Of a stretch of 64,000 bases of DNA, positions 18,473 to 28,189 are shown piece by piece. The stretch lies in sequence record MZ779063.1, one strand, 5' to 3'. Each line of letters begins with the position of its first letter. Position 1 is the stretch's first letter. The notes below the pieces were generated by a model, which was given only the letters and a program-made list of their open reading frames with translations, did not search any database and had not been told where the DNA came from. The DNA is from Staphylococcus phage vB_SauM-UFV_DC4. The translations under genes were made by a program, and so were the position numbers.

Positions 18473-18874
18473 ATGGCTCAAAATATCTATAATCGTCAAC
18501 ATATGTTAGAAGATATGGAAGCTATGGGTCAAACAATCCAGAATTTAATTATAATGAAAAAAGGAACTTATCCTAACACTCCAAATTTAGGAGTAGGAAT
18601 AGAAGATTATTTATTTGAAATACTAGATAACGAAACTATATCTGATATTACTAGTAATATTAATAATCAGATAAGTCAATATATAGTATCTTCTTCTGTT
18701 AATATAGATGTTAAAGTAATACAATTAAAAAATAGTAATGCAAATTTAAATAGTTTAAAAATTGACGTTACATTATCAGATACAATTGATATTTCTAACG
18801 TACAAAGTTTTTCTTATGTGTTTGCGGCTAATATGTTAACTAGGAAAATGGTAACTAAACTTGTCTTAAGCTAA
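18473..18874 (+). CDS. baseplate wedge protein, gp25/GPW-like
   Basis: 133 aa; LIIMKKGTYPNTPNLGVGIEDYLFE matches T4 gp25 IITTRKGSRPFDPEFGCDLSDQLFE (GPW_gp25 family). Confidence 0.6.
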   Translation: MAQNIYNRQHMLEDMEAMGQTIQNLIIMKKGTYPNTPNLGVGIEDYLFEILDNETISDITSNINNQISQYIVSSSVNIDVKVIQLKNSNANLNSLKIDVTLSDTIDISNVQSFSYVFAANMLTRKMVTKLVLS

Positions 18875-18916
18875 GACTTTAAAAATAATAAAAGAAAAGA
18901 ATGGAGAAATAGATAA

Positions 18917-20431
18917 ATGGTAAAAAAAGCAGATAACAATGAACTTAATGATTTTATGTCTGAAGAAGAATTAAATGAAGTTAGTCAAGGTTCTTCTAAT
19001 AATGATGAGAAACAAGAACAAAAACAAAGTAATCAAAAACAACAACATAATAAAAATAATCAAGGTAATAAAAAGAAAAATAACAATCGCAGAAGAAATA
19101 ACAATAATAAACATAATCAACAAGATAAGAAACAAAATCAAAATAGCAAATCAGCAATTCCAACTCAAAGAAATAAAGACAATCAAACTATGATGAGTGC
19201 TAGTGTTGATAGTGATAATCAACAAGAACAAGCTAAAACAGATCATATTAATTTAGATGGTCCTCAACCAGGCGAAGGTTTTGTTGACTATGAAAACTTA
19301 ACTTCATATGGATTTAGTGAAGGAAAATCAAATGAAGATAATTCTAGCATGACATTATCTGATTTTGAAGAACAACAAGAACAAAAAGCTAAAAAAGATT
19401 ATGAAAATCAAAAAGCTATTAGTGAAATTGAAAGTATTAGCAGTGATGAAAGAGCTAATCTATTAAATAATATTAATGTAGATTTAGATAATATTGAAAT
19501 TATTTCTGACATTGATTATGATATTGATAAAGAAAACACTAATTTCGTATTAAATAGTAAAGCAACTCATCAAGTTGTATTACCACAATCAGCATACATT
19601 GCTCATATGGAAAGTTTACGTAACCAAGAGATTTTATCTATTGCTGAATCTATTGATGATGATTACAATGCAATGTTAAAACGTTACCAATTATACTTCC
19701 ATAAAATGAATACAAATTCATTAGGAATTAATAACTTCCAAGATTTCGCTAGATTAACTTCTGTATATGATGTTAGTACTATTGAATACGGATTATACAA
19801 TATTTCATTCCCTGGTGAAACTAAATTTGATATTAGATGTGGTAGCTGTAGAGCTGAATTAAAAGACGTTAAAGTTTCTAATGATCAATTAATGTCATTT
19901 AAAGATGAAGATGCTTTCGATCATGTTACTAAAAATGTTAAGAATATCACTAGTGTTGATGAAAATAAAGAACACTCATTAATTTATACTGAACAACGTA
20001 TTGCTTTAAGAGATTCTAAAATTATCTTTGAAATTGTAACACCTACTGTTGAAAAACACTTAAGAGTTTTAGGTAGTATCCATATGGACGGTTTAACTGA
20101 AGATGAATCAGAAAGATTTAAACAAAATGCCACAGCTTTAATGCATGTTAAAAATGTTTATATCCCTGACTTAAAAACACTTAAAGAAGGACAAAAACCT
20201 AAGTTCCGTAAATTAAGTGAAGATAACATGAAAGATAAAATGAAAATTATTGAAAATCTTTCTATTCGTGATGGACATCAATTAACTGATGCTATTTATG
20301 ATCGTGTTAATAAACATGCTATTGAATATGCTATTAAAGGTGCAAACTGTCCTAATTGTGGAGAAGATTTAGGTAAGATTGATATTGACATGAGTGAAAT
20401 GCTTTTTCGGGAAGCGCTGCATTTGGTTTAG
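18917..20431 (+). CDS. hypothetical protein with N-terminal Q/N/K-rich low-complexity region and Cys4 (CGSC...CPNC) motif
   Basis: 504-aa ORF. Its 3' end overlaps an open -1 frame at a CTTTTTC run (see findings). Confidence 0.65.
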   Translation: MVKKADNNELNDFMSEEELNEVSQGSSNNDEKQEQKQSNQKQQHNKNNQGNKKKNNNRRRNNNNKHNQQDKKQNQNSKSAIPTQRNKDNQTMMSASVDSDNQQEQAKTDHINLDGPQPGEGFVDYENLTSYGFSEGKSNEDNSSMTLSDFEEQQEQKAKKDYENQKAISEIESISSDERANLLNNINVDLDNIEIISDIDYDIDKENTNFVLNSKATHQVVLPQSAYIAHMESLRNQEILSIAESIDDDYNAMLKRYQLYFHKMNTNSLGINNFQDFARLTSVYDVSTIEYGLYNISFPGETKFDIRCGSCRAELKDVKVSNDQLMSFKDEDAFDHVTKNVKNITSVDENKEHSLIYTEQRIALRDSKIIFEIVTPTVEKHLRVLGSIHMDGLTEDESERFKQNATALMHVKNVYIPDLKTLKEGQKPKFRKLSEDNMKDKMKIIENLSIRDGHQLTDAIYDRVNKHAIEYAIKGANCPNCGEDLGKIDIDMSEMLFREALHLV

Positions 20432-20496
20432 TAACAACGACCAACTCCAAGCAGTATAGAAAAAAGGTCTTTGATGATGCAGCGTATATAGCATAT

Positions 20497-20697
20497 TTGC
20501 TTGATTTATTTGAAGGACGTTTATCTTTTAATGAAATTCTTAATATGGAATTAAATATATTAAATTCTATGGTTAAAGCCAAAGAAAAAGAAATGAAAAA
20601 TAAACGTATGCAACAACAAAAATTAGAATCTGCTCAAAGAAGAGATTTTAATAATGGAATGCCTAAAGTAGAACTACCAAGACATTTAAATAATTAA
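20497..20697 (+). CDS. small ORF (66 aa from a TTG), more likely a -1 frameshift extension of the upstream gene than an independent gene
   Basis: No ATG and no SD. The frame is open back to 20398, overlapping the upstream ORF end. Confidence 0.25.
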   Translation: MLDLFEGRLSFNEILNMELNILNSMVKAKEKEMKNKRMQQQKLESAQRRDFNNGMPKVELPRHLNN

Positions 20698-20725
20698 AAA
20701 AGAAATGAAAGGAGCTGACTATTGA

Positions 20726-21019
20726 TTGGTTACTAATACTAAAGATAGTCAGAAAATCCTTCATATTTATGATTCTCTTGTTGAAGATGATGATAATATT
20801 TTATCATCTCTATGTCATTCTAATAAAGGTTTAGTATTTGTAAATCTTTTATATGACCTAGATTATAAAATTAAAGAAGGATTTTCTAAGAACTATAATG
20901 AATTTGATTACATTATTTTGGAAACAGAAGATAAAGAAAAATTAAAAGAAAAAGTTTCATATATAAAAAATTTAAAATTTGAAGACAACAAGAATAGTAT
21001 AAGAATTTCAATTGTATAA
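20726..21019 (+). CDS. 97-aa protein immediately upstream of the chaperonin gene (possible divergent GroES-like co-chaperonin)
   Basis: TTG start with AAAGGAG; length equals GroES (97 aa); groES-groEL-like gene order. Sequence similarity is weak (ILHIYDSLV vs RPLHDRVIV). Confidence 0.45.
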   Translation: MVTNTKDSQKILHIYDSLVEDDDNILSSLCHSNKGLVFVNLLYDLDYKIKEGFSKNYNEFDYIILETEDKEKLKEKVSYIKNLKFEDNKNSIRISIV

Positions 21020-21036
21020 AGTGAGGTCTAAAAAGA

Positions 21037-22779
21037 ATGTTAGATAAGAATAAAGAAAAGAAGAAATTAGTTTCAAATATTGTAGATGAAGATTCATATA
21101 AAGATATAGCTGAATTAACTATTGATACTATTTCAAATACGTTAATGAAATCATTAGGTTATTTCGGATCTACAACTATTTTTGATGATGGTATTAGTAG
21201 ATATGTAACTAAAGACGGTTATAATATCCTAAAAAATATTAGATTTCAAGATACAATCGCTACAGCTATTTTGAATTTTATTAAAGAAGTATCGTTATCA
21301 CTAGTTAAATCAGTGGGAGATGGATCAACTTCATCAGTAATTAACTCACAAGCTATGTTTAAAGAAATTAATAAAAGACTAAAAGAAAAAGATGATTTAG
21401 GTGGATATTCTCGTAAAGAAATTTCTGATTCATTAAATAATATGAAAGAATTAATTTCTAAAGAATTAACTTCAAAATCTACTAAAATTGATCAAGATAA
21501 TTTCCATAAATTAAAAAATATCGCTACAGTATCTAATAACAATGATGAAAAATTAGGAGAAATGGTTTATGAAATTTTCTCTAAAATTGGTAATAAAGGT
21601 TTTATATTCCCTGAAGTTTCTGATAATGAAGAAGACCATTATTCATTAACTAGAGGTATTGAAACACCACATGCATTATTAGATAATAAATTAATTAATA
21701 ATAAAGATGACCATTCAGTTGATTTTAGTAAACCTTATGTAGTTGTTGTTAATGATAAACTAACTGAAGAAGATATTGTATGGACATCAAATATTATTTC
21801 TAAAGTTAAACCGTTCTCAGGACAAGGATTAATATTCTTTGCTCCAGCTTTTTCTAAAGAGTTTAAAGATTATATTAAAAATAATTTACATGCTAATAGA
21901 AATAATGGTTCATTACAAGCAGTTGAAACTGACTTTGAATTATCTATTGGTTCTCATTATCATGATCCAGAAAAATTAGAAGATTTAGCTATATATACAG
22001 GTGGATCTATTATTGATAAAACTATGGAAAAAGAAGATTTCTATAAACAAGTTGAGTCTATTGTAGAACTTCCTGAAAATGACCCAGAATGGTTATTATT
22101 TAAAGAAACTGTAATTGGTAGAGCTGAAAGAATTACTATTGATAATTTTAAAACACAAATTATTAATGGTTATGGTAATGGTACTCAAAAACTTAAAGAT
22201 AGAATTTCAGAAATTAATAATGAGATAACTTATTATACTGATATGAATTCAGATCAAGCTATTACAGCTATTACTGATTTACAAAAACGAGCAAATTCTT
22301 TAAATAATGCTATTGCTAAATTATACGTTGGTGGTTCTTCTCAAGCAGAAAAAACTTCTAGACTATACTTAGTAGAGGATTCAGTGCATGCTTCTAAATC
22401 TGCTTTAGAATACGGTTATGTATCTGGAGGTAACTTATCAGTAAATAAAGTTATTAAAAATATCAATAGAGACGTTTTAAGTGATTTAGATAATCTAACA
22501 TTAGATTTAATTGATATATCTTCAAGAGAAGTTTATCATAAAGTATTAGAAAACTTTAATAGATTTAGTTCGGGAGAAATTGAATCTATCACTCAAACTT
22601 GTATAGATAAAGATGCTATATTGAATATTAAAAATAATGAATATGAAGATGATGTTAATACAGATATTATCAACTCAGTAGAGACAGATATTAAAATATT
22701 AGAAACAACTATTAGTATTATAGGATTGATTTCACTAAGTAACCAATTCTTAACTAATTCAGTCATTATTCCACAATAA
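21037..22779 (+). CDS. groEL: GroEL-like chaperonin (Cpn60 family), phage-encoded
   Basis: VTKDGYNILKNIRFQD (GroEL VTKDGVSVAREIELED); VGDGSTSSVINSQA (GDGTTTATVLA); ALEYGYVSGGN (ALEEGIVPGGG). Confidence 0.85.
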   Translation: MLDKNKEKKKLVSNIVDEDSYKDIAELTIDTISNTLMKSLGYFGSTTIFDDGISRYVTKDGYNILKNIRFQDTIATAILNFIKEVSLSLVKSVGDGSTSSVINSQAMFKEINKRLKEKDDLGGYSRKEISDSLNNMKELISKELTSKSTKIDQDNFHKLKNIATVSNNNDEKLGEMVYEIFSKIGNKGFIFPEVSDNEEDHYSLTRGIETPHALLDNKLINNKDDHSVDFSKPYVVVVNDKLTEEDIVWTSNIISKVKPFSGQGLIFFAPAFSKEFKDYIKNNLHANRNNGSLQAVETDFELSIGSHYHDPEKLEDLAIYTGGSIIDKTMEKEDFYKQVESIVELPENDPEWLLFKETVIGRAERITIDNFKTQIINGYGNGTQKLKDRISEINNEITYYTDMNSDQAITAITDLQKRANSLNNAIAKLYVGGSSQAEKTSRLYLVEDSVHASKSALEYGYVSGGNLSVNKVIKNINRDVLSDLDNLTLDLIDISSREVYHKVLENFNRFSSGEIESITQTCIDKDAILNIKNNEYEDDVNTDIINSVETDIKILETTISIIGLISLSNQFLTNSVIIPQ

Positions 22780-22787
22780 AACTTATT

Positions 22788-22828
22788 GCCGAAACCATTT
22801 GAACATTAATGGTTTCGGCTTATTTTTG
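22788..22828 (+). terminator. rho-independent terminator
   Basis: GCCGAAACCATT-TGAACATT-AATGGTTTCGGC followed by TTATTTTTG. Confidence 0.8.
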
Positions 22829-22885
22829 TGAATATAATTATCTTAATAATCTTTTTTACAAAATTAGATTTTTATGATTTTTTAT

Positions 22886-22914
22886 TTGCTTTTTTGCTAA
22901 TTTTTTGTTATAAT
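22886..22914 (+). promoter_or_regulatory. sigma-A (sigma70)-type promoter with extended -10
   Basis: TTGCTT-N17-TATAAT, with TGT immediately upstream of the -10. Confidence 0.55.
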
Positions 22915-22948
22915 TAAAAATATATTAAGTAGGAGGAATTATATAAAA

Positions 22949-23722
22949 TTGACTAATTTTACAGCTTCTCAATTTCTCAAAAACCCTACAGGAAAAGGTT
23001 CAGCTACAGTAGCTAGACGTGATAGAATCATATTAGATATGAGAACTAGATTCTCTTATCTTTATAAAAAGAATAGAAAGAGCTTTAAATTAAAGATATT
23101 CTTATATCAAGATAAGTACTATTTCTATTTCCAAATACCTTCAGAAGACTATTTTAAAGAGAATTTATCTTATGATGTTATTATTGAATTTAGACCACCT
23201 AATGAAAGAGCAGCTAAAGCAAAAGATCTTAATAATTACTTAATAAGATTTATTAGTAATTCACCTAACTTTATGTTTACATATGGTTATCTATATAATA
23301 AAGATGATTTACTAATAAGTTGGTTAAGTTATAAATTAGGACCTAAAGCTTTAAATCAACCTCCAGAAGTTAGAAACCCTAGACTTGAATACGGTTTTGA
23401 GAAATCAGTTTATTTTGCACTTTTGTATTTAGAGACTAACCCTAAAGCATTAAAAAATCCGCTTCATTTGACATTACCTAACAGACAAAGAATTAAAAGT
23501 TCTTTCAAATCTTCAGAATTAAAATTACGTGAATACAATAAGATTAAAAAACAGAAAAATGCTTCTAAGAAAAACTCATCAGGTATTAAAAGACAAATAA
23601 GTAATCGTGTCGATAAAAGAAATGAAGAAAAGAAAAGAGTAACTAAACCTATTAATAGAAAAGTTAAATCTATAGGTAAAGTTAAAAAAGTTAAGAAGAC
23701 TAACTCTACAAAACGAAAATGA
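22949..23722 (+). CDS. hypothetical protein with highly basic C-terminal tail (257 aa)
   Basis: TTG start after TAGGAGG; C-terminal K/R-rich tail; TGA stop. Confidence 0.6.
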   Translation: MTNFTASQFLKNPTGKGSATVARRDRIILDMRTRFSYLYKKNRKSFKLKIFLYQDKYYFYFQIPSEDYFKENLSYDVIIEFRPPNERAAKAKDLNNYLIRFISNSPNFMFTYGYLYNKDDLLISWLSYKLGPKALNQPPEVRNPRLEYGFEKSVYFALLYLETNPKALKNPLHLTLPNRQRIKSSFKSSELKLREYNKIKKQKNASKKNSSGIKRQISNRVDKRNEEKKRVTKPINRKVKSIGKVKKVKKTNSTKRK

Positions 23723-23798
23723 TTTATTAAATATATATTATATAAATGATAAATAATACTTATTTATCATAATTATTATTTAAGGAGAGTGCCTGATA

Positions 23799-25532
23799 TT
23801 GGATAAAGTTAAAGAATTAGAGTACAAAGAGGATTTAGATTTAAAAAAGATTGATGAATTAGTTAATAATGACGTGGAAGTACCCCTATTATCTAGTAAT
23901 GTCAATAAGCTTAAAAGAGTCTCTGGTAATTTTGAATTAACTAATGAATACATTAATTCTAAAGACTTAGATACACTTGAAAGAAAAAATAAAAATGGTA
24001 AAATTGAATTGGAGTACATACAGAGAACAGATATTCTACCATTAGTTAAATTTATTGAAAGTGAAAAGAATGATACTATATTTATAGATTTCAATAAAAT
24101 ATTAGAAACTGATAATCGTAAAGTACCTAAGGATGAAGAGTTTGATAATATATTTACTATTCAAATTAAACAAAGATCTTACAAGAGTATTTTAGATTAT
24201 ATTGTAAATGATATGAATTTTATAGTTAATGAGATTCCTCACATAATGATTAAAGGTGCTACTATATTAAGTAAGATAGCTAAATTAAGAGAGAATTATA
24301 AAGAAGAAGATTTCTTCAGAGATATTCAGAATATTATTGAAGATGAAGATTTAAGAAATGTTATTAGAAATATTGTTGATAATAACTATACAATTAATTT
24401 AGATCAAACTAATGCTGAAGCTATGTTACAAAGTAAGAAAGTTATTAAGAGAGATTTACAAGTAACTGACCAAGTAAATAAATCATTCTTATCTACAGCT
24501 GTAATGCAAAGATTTATTATTCCGTTTATTAGTCAATATTATGTAACTACTAATAAGTATCATTGTGAAAATTCTGATGCAGATAAAGAAAGAACTAAAA
24601 ATGGTTACTTTAAAGCATTTAATTATTGTATGTGTATTTCTTCATTCGATTATAATGTAAGTAATAATAATAAACTTTATAAAATTGTAGAACCTAAAGT
24701 AATCAAAACAAAATACAATGATAGAGTTATTTGGAGATTCTTAGATTTACGTTCAATTGACCCTGACACTGTTATTAATAAAATAATGGATAAAATCATT
24801 AGACAAATTGTATGTAAATTATTAGTAGATACTTCTGCAGTATCTTACTTTACGTCTGTTATTAAATTCTCAATCGATTATGAATTCCAGTACAAATATC
24901 CAATTAAGTTTAGATCAATACGTCTATCTACAGATGATGACGATGATGAAGATAGCTTCGATAAATTCCAAATGAATAACTTCCATAAAGTTAATGAACG
25001 TTTAGATTTAGCTAATAAAATCACTATTGATAGATTTATTAATGAACGTTTAGAAGAATTAAATATTAGTGATGATTACATTAATCGTTTATATGATAAA
25101 TTTGATTATATTAATGACTTACAATCTCATTTAATTAAAGTTTATTTTGCTGAATACTTTAACGTTAATACAAATGATAGAAAGAGCATTGTTTCATTAC
25201 TAGCTATTATGTCTAAAGAACTTATTGACAATAATATGGAAACTTTAGGAAAAATAGTGGCAAGTAAAGTTGTTTCAGGTACAAAAGCTAAAAATGTAGG
25301 TAAATTATCATTAGACGTAATTGCAGATAAATATTATATTGCTGCTTGGGATAAATATAGATTTATCAATGATATTACTGAAAAAGATAACTTTATCTTA
25401 CGTATAGCATTAGTAAATGGATATTCATTTAACTTCACTCCTGAAGATAAAGAAGAAGATGAAGAAGTTATTGCTGATATTGATAAGAAATACTTTATCT
25501 CTGAAGTATCACAATTTATTTCTCAATACTAA
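23799..25532 (+). CDS. hypothetical protein (577 aa)
   Basis: Long ORF ending at a bidirectional terminator. Confidence 0.7.
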   Translation: MDKVKELEYKEDLDLKKIDELVNNDVEVPLLSSNVNKLKRVSGNFELTNEYINSKDLDTLERKNKNGKIELEYIQRTDILPLVKFIESEKNDTIFIDFNKILETDNRKVPKDEEFDNIFTIQIKQRSYKSILDYIVNDMNFIVNEIPHIMIKGATILSKIAKLRENYKEEDFFRDIQNIIEDEDLRNVIRNIVDNNYTINLDQTNAEAMLQSKKVIKRDLQVTDQVNKSFLSTAVMQRFIIPFISQYYVTTNKYHCENSDADKERTKNGYFKAFNYCMCISSFDYNVSNNNKLYKIVEPKVIKTKYNDRVIWRFLDLRSIDPDTVINKIMDKIIRQIVCKLLVDTSAVSYFTSVIKFSIDYEFQYKYPIKFRSIRLSTDDDDDEDSFDKFQMNNFHKVNERLDLANKITIDRFINERLEELNISDDYINRLYDKFDYINDLQSHLIKVYFAEYFNVNTNDRKSIVSLLAIMSKELIDNNMETLGKIVASKVVSGTKAKNVGKLSLDVIADKYYIAAWDKYRFINDITEKDNFILRIALVNGYSFNFTPEDKEEDEEVIADIDKKYFISEVSQFISQY

Positions 25533-25605
25533 AAAAAAAATATTAAAAATTACCCATACACTCTATATTAATGAGTGTATGGGTATATTATTTCTTTTTT
25601 TTTTC
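25531..25605. terminator. bidirectional rho-independent terminator
   Basis: A10 run, then hairpin ACCCATACACTC-TATATTAAT-GAGTGTATGGGT, then T-run; between convergent genes. Confidence 0.8.
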
Positions 25606-25620
25606 GGATCATAGAAAATT

Positions 25621-26781
25621 TTACCGATTTAATTCTCCTTCAAATAAATAATCTATATTAATGTAAGTTCTTTCAAATATTTCTTCATTAAGTCTTTTAA
25701 TCTCATTAGGATCATTAAAATCTATTATTTGAGAAGATAATATATTTTGAATTTTACTTCCATCAATTTCATCAACTATATGAGGATGATTGAATAGTTT
25801 AAACCTCTTAATTAGTTCTTCTAATTTTTCTTCTTTTATTTCATTTTCGAATAACTTTCTTAAAGATGATTCATTATTATATTCTTTTAAAGGAGATAAT
25901 TTTAAATCAGATATCATTTTATCCAATAATTTTACAGTTGATACTGGACCATAGCTTGGAATTGATTTGTATTCTTGATCTTTATGTTCCATAAATAAGT
26001 TATATAAGTCTAATATATTATAATCTATATTAACAAAATCGTTAATATCTTTTTTAGTACTAGAACTAAATAACTCATCTTTAATATTCTCTTTAGTTAT
26101 TACTTTACTCTTTTCTGATCCACGTAGTTCTAATAGTAATAATCGATCTTTATATTTTAATAATTGTCTATATATTTTATCATTACTAACTATTAATGAA
26201 TAATCATCATCATTTTCAATATTAGTTTTAGATAATATATAATAAGGTAATATAGTTGGTTCTATTTTATAAGTATCTATAAAATATGCGTTAGGTATAT
26301 ATTTAACTATAGTTTTAACTAATTCTAAAGTCGATTTAATAGTTTTATTAGTGTCTCTATAAGTTATATTGTCCTTATTCATCTTTTTATAATATTCTTT
26401 CTTATACTCTTCATCAATATTAGTATGATATATTGATTCTTTATCTGAATAAAATAAGAAAAATCTACTATGCATATTTAACCTACTAGCAAAGAAATGA
26501 CGATAATGACCTATTATATTAACTAATTCAACAACTAAATTTAATCTATCTTTAGTTTTTACATGTGTAAAATTTTCAGCTATTTGAGGTGAATATAATT
26601 GTTTAATGACTGAATTTAAATCTACATATATAGTTACATTATCATTTTTAGTATTACTACCAAACCTACCTCCTTCTACATAAGGTCTAACTAACTCAGT
26701 CATTTTGTTATAATTTAATTTTTTAGAGTTTATTATACGTTCTATTATACTAATATCCATATGTATTCCACATCCTTTCAT
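25621..26781 (-). CDS. 5'-3' exonuclease / flap endonuclease, T4 RNase H-like
   Basis: VTIYVDLNSV (T4 rnh ICLIDFSQIA); FFLFYSDKESIYHTNIDEEYKKEY (IVLCIDNAKSGYWRRDFAYYYKKNR); LIVSNDKIYRQL (LIISSDGDFTQL); H3TH-like YGPVSTVKLL. True start is possibly the second Met (MDISIIE). Confidence 0.65.
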   Translation of the reverse strand: MKGCGIHMDISIIERIINSKKLNYNKMTELVRPYVEGGRFGSNTKNDNVTIYVDLNSVIKQLYSPQIAENFTHVKTKDRLNLVVELVNIIGHYRHFFASRLNMHSRFFLFYSDKESIYHTNIDEEYKKEYYKKMNKDNITYRDTNKTIKSTLELVKTIVKYIPNAYFIDTYKIEPTILPYYILSKTNIENDDDYSLIVSNDKIYRQLLKYKDRLLLLELRGSEKSKVITKENIKDELFSSSTKKDINDFVNIDYNILDLYNLFMEHKDQEYKSIPSYGPVSTVKLLDKMISDLKLSPLKEYNNESSLRKLFENEIKEEKLEELIKRFKLFNHPHIVDEIDGSKIQNILSSQIIDFNDPNEIKRLNEEIFERTYINIDYLFEGELNR

Positions 26782-26887
26782 TGTTATAATATATAATTAT
26801 ATATTAATTCGTAATTTTATAAAAATTGATATTACCTAGTAACATTCACTTATAATAATAAGTATCGGGAAGTCGGTGAATTAAAAA

Positions 26888-28162
26888 TTGATAGAAAGCT
26901 TGATTACTAAAAAAATATTTAATATAAAATTAATAGCATTGTATTCAGATGGAACTACTGATGATTTATCTCAATTCATTAAAAGATCTAGGATAGAAAT
27001 GAACTTCCAAGAATATATTATGCCATACTATAGATTTATATTAAGATTACCTAAAGAAACTATAATTAAGATTAATAAAGATAGAGACAAAGTAGTATTT
27101 TCTTTTGCTTCAGATATGATTACTACTGATGCTGAAAGTGAAAGTTTATCTGTCCCCTTTTATGAAGAAATAATATTAAAACCGTTAATGGATTTAAGCA
27201 ATCCAGTTAATTATGATGATAGAGTGACTAGAACTGATGAAGATCAAAAACATTTATTTGATAGATATGAATTAGTTGCTATATCTGAAGAAACGTTAAA
27301 AACTAATAAACCTATAGTTTCAGGTATCTATAATAACTGTACTGTCAGTGAAGTAGTCACTGATTTATTAAGTAATTTAAAAAATAGAGAAATATATTTA
27401 CACGAGATAGATAATAACAAGATATATGAACAGATTATCTTACTTCCTGCAAACGTATATGACAATATAAAATTTATTGATGACGTATACGGTATATATA
27501 ATAGGGAAATTAAGATGTTTAACCATGAAACAGGATTAAATATTTTACCAATGTCTGGATTTGATCCTAATGAGATAGGTAAAGTTAAAGTAGAAATAAG
27601 ATTTCCATCAAATCAAACTGATGAAGAAATCATAGAAGGATCTTATGAACAAATATCTGAGGAAGATGACTTAGTTAGAAATAAAAATATAGTAACGAGA
27701 ATTAATAATGTATCTCTAGTAGATAATACAAGATTATTTAATGAATTAATCGGTTCAGAAATTAATTTATTTGGAATGGATAATGAAAGCGAATATACTA
27801 AATTAAACACATATCGTAGAGATATGGAAGATAGAAATGGACCTATTAATAAAGTAAAAGTATATGATGATATTTATGATAACCCTTATAGTCTAGAAAA
27901 AGAGTTTAACAATAGTAAAGATATAATATTAAAGATACAATTAAATGATATTGATTTAACTATGGAAGATACTTTTAAGCAATTTGATATAGAGTTCTTT
28001 AATGAATATTATAAACACTATAACGGTTTTTATGAATTATTATCTATTAATCAAGAATATAAAACAGCTAGTAAAGCTTTAGTCTTATCAAACTATGTTA
28101 CATTAAGAAAGATAACTGATCATACATTTATTAAGAATGATAAAAATAATCCCAATACCTAA
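26888..28162 (+). CDS. hypothetical protein (424 aa)
   Basis: TTG start; long ORF. Confidence 0.6.
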   Translation: MIESLITKKIFNIKLIALYSDGTTDDLSQFIKRSRIEMNFQEYIMPYYRFILRLPKETIIKINKDRDKVVFSFASDMITTDAESESLSVPFYEEIILKPLMDLSNPVNYDDRVTRTDEDQKHLFDRYELVAISEETLKTNKPIVSGIYNNCTVSEVVTDLLSNLKNREIYLHEIDNNKIYEQIILLPANVYDNIKFIDDVYGIYNREIKMFNHETGLNILPMSGFDPNEIGKVKVEIRFPSNQTDEEIIEGSYEQISEEDDLVRNKNIVTRINNVSLVDNTRLFNELIGSEINLFGMDNESEYTKLNTYRRDMEDRNGPINKVKVYDDIYDNPYSLEKEFNNSKDIILKIQLNDIDLTMEDTFKQFDIEFFNEYYKHYNGFYELLSINQEYKTASKALVLSNYVTLRKITDHTFIKNDKNNPNT

Positions 28163-28183
28163 GTAAATTATAGGTATTGGGAT
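28149..28183. terminator. hairpin between convergent genes (putative bidirectional terminator)
   Basis: ATCCCAATACCTA-AGTAAAT-TATAGGTATTGGGAT; flanking runs are weak. Confidence 0.45.
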
Positions 28184-28189
28184 AAATTA

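Noticed and set aside
20497-20697. Independent 66-aa gene starting at TTG 20497
   Set aside because: No ATG or GTG, no SD, and the frame is open upstream into the preceding gene; more parsimonious as a frameshift extension or artefact (listed with low confidence only).
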